DNA of 64,000 bases, taken from an uncultured Clostridia bacterium (GTDB taxonomy: Bacteria > Bacillota > Clostridia > Christensenellales > DTU072). The stretch covers positions 3,649-67,648 of the forward strand of contig CALVTP010000005.1 of assembly GCA_944362765.1 (NCBI GenBank), given 5' to 3'. The notes below the pieces were generated by a model. The model was not told the origin of the DNA, ran no database searches, and saw only the letters and a list, made by a program, of their open reading frames with translations. Position 1 is the first letter of the stretch. Every line of letters begins with the position of its first letter. Positions 37,731 to 44,162 of the stretch are shown in pieces. A program made the translations under genes and the position numbers.

Positions 37731-38576
37731 TTACCACTTGGTGTAATACTCTTCGTCGACTTGGTTTCTGGTGCTGTCGAGGAATGCCTGCTTGTCCTTT
37801 TTGGCTTTCTTACTCCTTCCGATAAGGAGAGAGACGACGGCTGCGACTATCAGAATTGCCGTCAGCGCCGGCAGCAGCCAGCCGGGGTGCCACGGCATGA
37901 CGCGCGCAACTCCCAGCATGACATACAGCATTACCGATGTCAGCATCGCCCACACGAAGATCTCCGGGATAGTCAATTTGCTTTTGGTCACAAATCCGAT
38001 GGCTATATCCATTATAAGCGCCGCAGGCAGCATACAAAGGAAAATATACCAGTCGTACACCGGGTGAACCGAGAGGCGAATGCATAGATACATAAATACA
38101 AATACCAAGATAACGGTACCTAAATTAAACAATCTGGGAACCAAAAACTTATCTTCTTTGAATCCTTTCAACATCAACAGAACGTCTGTCGCGACTACTG
38201 CCGCGACCACCGCTCCGAGGATTATAAGCCAGGACACTCCCCAAGCCAAAGCTCCCGTCAGCGATAAAATAAGGTAAAGCGCCACTATCACCGCGACCGT
38301 ACCCACGACGCCCGTTGCGATGTTCCGTTTCAGAGTGTTTTTCTTCGGCACTTCGACGAGAGCGCGATCGAAATCCTGAAGATATTTGTCGAAATCACCC
38401 AGCGAATCGATGCAGAGATTATATATGGCTTCGTCGTCGGTCATGCCCTTGATGCGGTAGTCCTGCGCCGCTTCTTCGAGCTTTGTGAGAGTCTGAAGCC
38501 TGAGTTCCATCGCCGCTTTCGTGGGACGAATTTTACGGAATGCCGTCTCGAGATAGCTTTTGAATCTTTCTTTCAT
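37731..38576 (-). CDS. Membrane protein with an N-terminal helical 'permease prefix'-like domain and about 5 TM segments
   Basis: The N-terminus ...KAAMELRLQTLTKLEEAAQDYRIKGMTDDEAIYNLCIDSLGDFDK resembles domains usually found next to PadR regulators. SD GGGAGG. Confidence 0.85.
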   Translation of the reverse strand: MKERFKSYLETAFRKIRPTKAAMELRLQTLTKLEEAAQDYRIKGMTDDEAIYNLCIDSLGDFDKYLQDFDRALVEVPKKNTLKRNIATGVVGTVAVIVALYLILSLTGALAWGVSWLIILGAVVAAVVATDVLLMLKGFKEDKFLVPRLFNLGTVILVFVFMYLCIRLSVHPVYDWYIFLCMLPAALIMDIAIGFVTKSKLTIPEIFVWAMLTSVMLYVMLGVARVMPWHPGWLLPALTAILIVAAVVSLLIGRSKKAKKDKQAFLDSTRNQVDEEYYTKW

Positions 38577-38626
38577 TTTTGCCTCCCTATATATTTGGTA
38601 TTGTGTTTGATTGACTATCTAAACAG

Positions 38627-38655
38627 ATTATATACTTTCCGCCGGGCGCTGTCAA
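38627..38655 (-). promoter_or_regulatory. Perfect-consensus sigma-A promoter for the 38576 operon
   Basis: Minus strand: TTGACA-gCGCCCGGCGgaaagta-TATAAT, 17-nt spacer. Confidence 0.7.
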
Positions 38656-38741
38656 CTGTTCGCGGCAACTTTTTGCCGATGACATGAGGGGGGGTGAAAA
38701 GTTCACATTCCGCCTTTGACCGCCGCCCGTTGGCAGAGCGT

Positions 38742-39629
38742 TCAATTTCGCATGTGAGAGGCGAAAAAGTCGAGCATGGCTCGGTTTGCGCGCCTGCCGC
38801 AGGGGGAATTCGGGTAGGTGACCGGGAAGACGTGCCCGATGTTTCTTCCCTCTCCGTCGTCGTCGTGGAGCACCGAGTCGACGCCGAGAGCCCGTAGTTC
38901 GCCAAATACCTTGCGGCTTTCTTTTCTTAAAAAGTCGCCTCTTCCGGTGATGATGAATGCGGGGGCGGAGTTTCCGGGAAGACCCGCGGTGTAGTCGACG
39001 AATTCCTTTTCGGGGACGCCGTCGCGGAAAAGCGGTGCGAAGTAACTTTTGATAAGCGGGCGGTTATAACCCGAAAGACAAAATGCCGCCGAGGTGAACC
39101 CTACGGCGTTAAAGGTGGGCGGATCTATCGCGTAATACTCTCTGAGGCGGGGGTTAAACGGAGCTTTTGCCAGCATGCCGGCGAGGTTTCCTCCCGCGGA
39201 GTCTCCGGTCACGAAGATATTTTCCCTGTCGAAGGCGTATTCCCGAGCCCGCCCGACAAAATAATCCACCGCCTCTGCGACGTCTTTAAGCTGCTGCCCG
39301 AGGGTGGCTTCCGGAGTCAGGCGGTAGGAGAGATTGACGACTTTAAATCTGCCGTCGGCGGCAAGATTCAACGCGTAAATTTTATTCAGTTCCTTGTCTC
39401 CGTAATACCAACCTCCGCCGTGAATGTCGAAAATGACGGGGAGAGGGGTATTCTCGCACCCCGCTTTGCAATACACGTCGGCAAAGCGCATTCTGTCGCC
39501 CGCCCCGGCGTAGTCGATATCGGTAAACTCGGTGACGTTTTCGGGCGGAGTCTGCCCCGAAAGGCGCTTCAGATCCTTTTTGCGTACTCCTTCCCAGAAT
39601 TTTATAATCATGGATTCGACTATTGACAT
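38742..39629 (-). CDS. Alpha/beta hydrolase, hormone-sensitive-lipase-type carboxylesterase
   Basis: Oxyanion HGGGW and nucleophile elbow GDSAGG. SD GGAGGG. Confidence 0.9.
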   Translation of the reverse strand: MSIVESMIIKFWEGVRKKDLKRLSGQTPPENVTEFTDIDYAGAGDRMRFADVYCKAGCENTPLPVIFDIHGGGWYYGDKELNKIYALNLAADGRFKVVNLSYRLTPEATLGQQLKDVAEAVDYFVGRAREYAFDRENIFVTGDSAGGNLAGMLAKAPFNPRLREYYAIDPPTFNAVGFTSAAFCLSGYNRPLIKSYFAPLFRDGVPEKEFVDYTAGLPGNSAPAFIITGRGDFLRKESRKVFGELRALGVDSVLHDDDGEGRNIGHVFPVTYPNSPCGRRANRAMLDFFASHMRN

Positions 39630-39647
39630 AAAGCCCTCCGTGCATTC

Positions 39648-39676
39648 ATTTTACCACGTGCGCCGGGCGTTGTCAA
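39648..39676 (-). promoter_or_regulatory. Promoter of the esterase gene
   Basis: Minus strand: TTGACA-aCGCCCGGCGcacgtgg-TAAAAT, 17-nt spacer. Confidence 0.6.
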
Positions 39677-39799
39677 AAAAAGATTTTTTCGGGGGAGTTA
39701 TCCGGGAAGGTTTGGTCGCGAAAGCCTTTTTCGGTTAAGACGGACGGTGTCCGAACAGGCGCTTCTATAAATTAAATAAATTTAAATTTCGCGCGCCTA

Positions 39800-39828
39800 T
39801 TGCAATTAGCTCGGATATATGATATACT
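39800..39828 (+). promoter_or_regulatory. Promoter of cvpA
   Basis: TTGCAA, 17-nt spacer, TGaTATACT. Confidence 0.55.
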
Positions 39829-39897
39829 CCAAATAACCGCAGACGATTTTTGTGCGTATGTACGAAGGCGCGCCGCGGAGCACGGAGGCAGCAGCTT

Positions 39898-40752
39898 ATG
39901 GGAATAGTTATTGACATCGTTGTAATAGCACTTATCATACTAATGGTGATTTTGGGGATAAAGCGCGGCTTTGTCAAGTCTTTGTTCGGGCTTTTGAGCA
40001 TCGTCATAGCCTTGGCGGCGGCGATATTCCTTACCGCCCCCGTCGCCGACGCGGTTGCGGCGAATACCGAGTGGGACGAGGATCTCAGGCAGGAACTGGC
40101 TACTTCGATTGCAGACACTCTTCCCAATTCCGAAGCTAGCGTACGCTATGTCTATGTCGACGGCTCGGAGGATCCCGTTCTCGTCTATATTCCCGAGGAC
40201 ACCAACGAGCAAGTAGAGTTCTCCGAAATACTCTCTTCGGGCGGATTGTGGTCGATAATGCCCAAATCGTGGCTGAACGAGGCTGCTACCGACATGCTTA
40301 ACGCACAAGCCGAGGCGGATGAAATAGATCTCGACGATCCGACGAATTTCGTCTCCTTCCGCGAAGTGACTTCTCAGGCGCTCGTCAATGTCATATATTC
40401 GGTAGCAGGCTTCATTGTGGTATTTATTGCGGCAAGGGTACTGATATGGCTGTTGCTGCTGCTCCTCAGAAAAGTCGTCAGGAACGTCTACATCGCCTAT
40501 TTTGTCGATAAGATGCTGGGCGGAATAATAGGGCTTGCACTTGGTTTGGTGATAGTATTAGTGCTGCTGACCATTTTGCAGCTGATGGGCGAAATGAGCT
40601 TTATGGCGGAGGTCAACGAGCTGCTTGAATCGACGACGATCACCAGATTGTTGATGGAAAACAACTTCCTCTACGAGCTGATTGCAGAAAACGTCGACTT
40701 GTCGGGACTTCTCGGCGGTACGGGCGGCGCGGAGGAGGAGCTTATCCAATAG
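39898..40752 (+). CDS. cvpA: CvpA family membrane protein
   Basis: MGIVIDIVVIALIILMVILGIKRGFVKSLFGLLSIVIAL is the typical CvpA N-terminus. Start ATG 39898 after GGAGG; ORF-track 39850 rejected. Confidence 0.85.
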   Translation: MGIVIDIVVIALIILMVILGIKRGFVKSLFGLLSIVIALAAAIFLTAPVADAVAANTEWDEDLRQELATSIADTLPNSEASVRYVYVDGSEDPVLVYIPEDTNEQVEFSEILSSGGLWSIMPKSWLNEAATDMLNAQAEADEIDLDDPTNFVSFREVTSQALVNVIYSVAGFIVVFIAARVLIWLLLLLLRKVVRNVYIAYFVDKMLGGIIGLALGLVIVLVLLTILQLMGEMSFMAEVNELLESTTITRLLMENNFLYELIAENVDLSGLLGGTGGAEEELIQ

Positions 40753-40801
40753 CGCTTGTCGGTTTTCGGGTATAACGGGAAAAAAGGATATATGAGGTAA
40801 C

Positions 40802-42838
40802 ATGAGAACACTCACAAACATAATCATAGGAATCATCATCGGCATATTGATAATCGTCCTCGCCGTCGGCGTGGGCGGTTATGTCATCCTGACTCAGGAG
40901 GGCATGGTAGGCACCATTGACGACGCCGTCGACGAAGTCAGTTTCGAAGACGAATACCGCGAGCTGAGTCTTCTGGCATTTTTAGACAAGGCTATGGCAG
41001 CTCTCGGCGACCTCGAAAACAAGTCGATCGGAGAAGTCGAAAAAATTGTGGGTACCGACGGCATTACGGCGACGATTGCCGATTCCGTAGGCGTTTCGCA
41101 GGGGATCATCAAGACGAGCTCTCTTTCCAATCTCGGGAACTCCCTTTCCTCCAACCTCAATCTTGCCGGCATGAGCGATACTTTCGGGATAGCTCTTCCC
41201 GAGGACATTCCGCTCTTCCAAAACGACGATTTTTTGAATGAACCCGTCGCCGAAGCTTTCGGCTCTTTGGATGACTACACGCTGGACTCATTTATCGAAG
41301 TGATCTATGAGGACGAGGCGACCGCCGATAAACCCGCTTCAAGCGGGCTTCTACAGAATCTTGGCGGAATGAAGCTTTCGGAGCTTTCTTCGGGAATGGA
41401 TGAAATAATCGATAATACCTATATCACCGACATTTTGGATGTCGACGAGAACTCCTCCGAGATAATGAAGTACTTGGCTTCGGGCGGCGAGGGCGGCAAC
41501 CCCGTCAAAGTCGGCGAGCTGGACGGAGCGGTCAACGACATGAAAATCTCGAACGCCGTCGAAATAGGCAGCGACGCCTCTCCCGTATTGAAGTATCTGA
41601 GAGACTGCGAACTGACGATCACCGCAGAGGACGGCACCACGACCGTCGAAATCGGCGCTTCTCTCAACAATATCAACGAGGCGATAAAGGAAATGACGAT
41701 AGGCGACGCCGTAGAGATAGCCTCCGGCTCCTCAATGGTGCTTAAATACATGAAGGACTTCAAGCTCGACGAACTCGACGCCGGTATAAAGAGCATGAAA
41801 ATTTCCGACGCCGTGGCAATAAACGATAACTCACACGCCGTCATTCGGGCGATAAAGGATTTGACGCTCGACGAACTCGGCGACGGCGACGCCCTGCAGT
41901 CCAAAATCGACACCCTTCGCCTGGGCGAAGTTATAACGCTACAAGAAAGCTCTCCGAAAATTTTGAAGGCGTTGCAATATTCGAGACTCGGGAACCTCGA
42001 CTACGCCGTTGACAACCTGGAAATGCAGGAAATTTTCGAGGATGACAAACTGGATTCCGGCTTGCTGGCGCTGGTCGACCCCACGACCAAGCTCGATGAC
42101 ATACCGGACGCCTTCGAAAAGGCGGTTCAACAGACCACTCTCTACGGCTTGCAGCAGATAGATTTGTTTAACTATTCGCGCAATACGACTTCGGATAGAA
42201 GCTATTTAAAAACAATGGAGCTTGTCGGCACGCATAACGCTTTGATAGAAAACGTTGCCAACGTCATTGCAGGACGTGATTTTGGAAGTCTTGCGCCGAA
42301 AACGGTTTATCTTTATGAGAATGACGCGGGAGCGCTCTATGCCGATGCCGACTCCGATCACAGCACCGGCAACGAGCCAATCGATTCGGCTTTTGCGTCC
42401 GGACAAGGCGGTTGGATGCTCGGAGTCAAAGAGATCGAAGCTATTTTGAGCGTGCTTCCGGAAGACGAAAGGTATGCCGCCGTGATAGTTGCGGAAGTCT
42501 CCGTTACCGAAATGACTATCGCGGGCGGTGTGTATAATACGCTGTTCAGCGTGGACATGCTGGCAGCAAGCGGAAAGCTGTGGCTCGGCGAAGCCGACGA
42601 AAAAATGGAGTTTCCGAACAAGGCGGGCGGTTATGCATTCTTCCATGCAGGCAGCATTCACTTGAACGGAACTACCACGCCTGAGGATCTCGTTGAGAAA
42701 GGATATAGGGATCTTTCGACCGATGAAATTCCCGTTGCGATGATAGGGAAAGAAGGAAGCAAAAAGCCCATGACTCTGGTCGAGATTAATACGATGACTT
42801 GGGATAGGGATTCCACAGAAGAAGTAACGGGCGCCTGA
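40802..42838 (+). CDS. N-terminally anchored 678-aa protein with five tandem 35-50-aa repeats, unknown family
   Basis: TM IIIGIIIGILIIVLAVGVGGYVIL. Repeats include ISNAVEIGSDASPVLKYL, IGDAVEIASGSSMVLKYM, ISDAVAINDNSHAVIRAI and LGEVITLQESSPKILKAL (about nt 41423-42037). Confidence 0.85.
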   Translation: MRTLTNIIIGIIIGILIIVLAVGVGGYVILTQEGMVGTIDDAVDEVSFEDEYRELSLLAFLDKAMAALGDLENKSIGEVEKIVGTDGITATIADSVGVSQGIIKTSSLSNLGNSLSSNLNLAGMSDTFGIALPEDIPLFQNDDFLNEPVAEAFGSLDDYTLDSFIEVIYEDEATADKPASSGLLQNLGGMKLSELSSGMDEIIDNTYITDILDVDENSSEIMKYLASGGEGGNPVKVGELDGAVNDMKISNAVEIGSDASPVLKYLRDCELTITAEDGTTTVEIGASLNNINEAIKEMTIGDAVEIASGSSMVLKYMKDFKLDELDAGIKSMKISDAVAINDNSHAVIRAIKDLTLDELGDGDALQSKIDTLRLGEVITLQESSPKILKALQYSRLGNLDYAVDNLEMQEIFEDDKLDSGLLALVDPTTKLDDIPDAFEKAVQQTTLYGLQQIDLFNYSRNTTSDRSYLKTMELVGTHNALIENVANVIAGRDFGSLAPKTVYLYENDAGALYADADSDHSTGNEPIDSAFASGQGGWMLGVKEIEAILSVLPEDERYAAVIVAEVSVTEMTIAGGVYNTLFSVDMLAASGKLWLGEADEKMEFPNKAGGYAFFHAGSIHLNGTTTPEDLVEKGYRDLSTDEIPVAMIGKEGSKKPMTLVEINTMTWDRDSTEEVTGA

Positions 42839-42891
42839 ACTTCACTAAACGGCAAATTTTCGAAAACCAAAAAATAAGGATTTTTAAATAG

Positions 42892-43878
42892 ATGAAAATC
42901 AAACTTAACGGACAAAATGCAAGCCTTCGCGGATTGATGGAACGCGAGGGCTTCCGCTTTCCTTGCGGGGGGAAGGGACTTTGCGGAAGGTGTAAAGTGG
43001 TGGCAAAGGAACTCCCTCCTACCGAGCGCGACCATAGATTTCTGACTGCCGAAGAGCTCCAAGCCGGGGTGCGGCTTGCCTGTGACAAGACGATAGACGG
43101 TGAAATCGAGCTCGAACCGCTCTTCGGGCGCGAGGAGAACCGCGCCGAGAGAATGGACTACTCGGACGCCTATGCCGTCTTCACCGATTACGCTACTTTT
43201 GCGGGGCTTGCGGCGGACGGGGAAGTCGCGGATTCCGTGCTTCTTCCGCCCACCGAAATTTCGCACTTTGCACTTCGCGGCGCCGCACAGAAGGAGATAG
43301 TGGAGCTCATCGAGCGCCACTCCGTTGCGAAAGCGGGAACGATGCTCATCGCAGCGGAGCCTCTCCGTTTCCACGCACTGACCGGTATAGCGGAGGCTAT
43401 CCCCGAAGGCGATACCGTTGACGCGGCGCTTTTCAATATGCCCGCAGACGAAGTCTATCTCCCGCCGATAAAAGGGGAGCTTCTGGGCGGAAATATTCCT
43501 TTGGAGGCGCTGGGAAGGGAGCAAGGAGAGATGCTGGTGGCAGGCGGAACGGTGCTCTACGTGGGTGAGGCAAGTATCCATACCGCCTTTATATACAGAA
43601 CTAAGGAAAGTCTCGGTGTATTCAAAGCCACCGTTGAATACTTCTTGGAGCGTTTTATGCCGGTAAAAAGAAGCTACATAGCACCCGATCCCGTCATGGA
43701 GGAGCGCGGCGGCTTCCATCCCGTTCAATCGCTGATACCCGTAAACGCGGCGCAGGCGCTTGGGTCAAACAGAGTGAAGGCAAAGCTTAGAAAGCTTTCC
43801 GCCAAACTCGAAACCGAAGACCTCGTAAATAGTGATTGCTTCCATAAATATTTAAGTACTTTTCTTCCCGCAGAGTAA
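42892..43878 (+). CDS. 2Fe-2S ferredoxin-domain protein with a short, degenerate ASKHA-like C-terminal part
   Basis: Plant-type pattern CGGKGLCGRC...LAC at the N-terminus. 328 aa, shorter than typical ferredoxin-ASKHA (DUF4445) proteins. Confidence 0.85.
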   Translation: MKIKLNGQNASLRGLMEREGFRFPCGGKGLCGRCKVVAKELPPTERDHRFLTAEELQAGVRLACDKTIDGEIELEPLFGREENRAERMDYSDAYAVFTDYATFAGLAADGEVADSVLLPPTEISHFALRGAAQKEIVELIERHSVAKAGTMLIAAEPLRFHALTGIAEAIPEGDTVDAALFNMPADEVYLPPIKGELLGGNIPLEALGREQGEMLVAGGTVLYVGEASIHTAFIYRTKESLGVFKATVEYFLERFMPVKRSYIAPDPVMEERGGFHPVQSLIPVNAAQALGSNRVKAKLRKLSAKLETEDLVNSDCFHKYLSTFLPAE

Positions 43879-43987
43879 AATTAAGAGTACTTTCATCGCT
43901 CGTGAAAACAAAACCTTATAAAAAAGCTTGTACGCACGTGCGGACTTTTTTCATAAGGAGGTGATTGATGCGGGAAGAAAAGTACTT
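43854..43987. repeat. Perfect 18-bp inverted repeat separated by 98 bp
   Basis: AAGTACTTTTCTTCCCGC (43854-43871) pairs with GCGGGAAGAAAAGTACTT (43970-43987). A degenerate direct copy TTAAGAGTACTTTCATCGC lies at 43881-43899. Confidence 0.9.
43930..43951. terminator. Weak bidirectional terminator inside the inverted-repeat loop
   Basis: AAAAAAGCTT-GTaCGC-acgt-GCGgAC-TTTTTT, a 5-bp stem with one mismatch. Confidence 0.45.
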
Positions 43988-44081
43988 ATACCCGCGGCTT
44001 GGGGCATATTTCACGGCGACGTTGAGCGCTCCGGGAAGGGGTGGCTGTCAGCCGGACAAATTTTTCATATTGCCTTGGTGA
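43968..44081 (+). CDS. Candidate 37-codon sORF (MREEKYLYPRLGAYFTATLSAPGRGGCQPDKFFILPW)
   Basis: Consensus SD AAGGAGGTG (43955-43963) 6 nt before the ATG. Below the ORF-track length cut-off. No homology evidence available. Confidence 0.35.
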   Translation: MREEKYLYPRLGAYFTATLSAPGRGGCQPDKFFILPW

Positions 44082-44097
44082 AAGGCGGAATTGCGTC

Positions 44098-44126
44098 TTG
44101 AAATATACTGATTTCGGTAGTATAAT
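44098..44126 (+). promoter_or_regulatory. Promoter of the enoate-reductase-family gene
   Basis: TTGAAA, 17-nt spacer, TATAAT. SD GGGAGG precedes ATG 44163. Confidence 0.65.
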
Positions 44127-44162
44127 ATAAATATACTAATATAATTTCCTACGGGAGGTCTT

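Noticed and set aside
43854-43987. The 18-bp inverted repeat as an invertible promoter (inverton)
   Set aside because: I could not find a credible -35/-10 pair in either orientation of the 98-bp internal segment. No recombinase gene is nearby. It is kept as an RNA-structure or MITE hypothesis instead.
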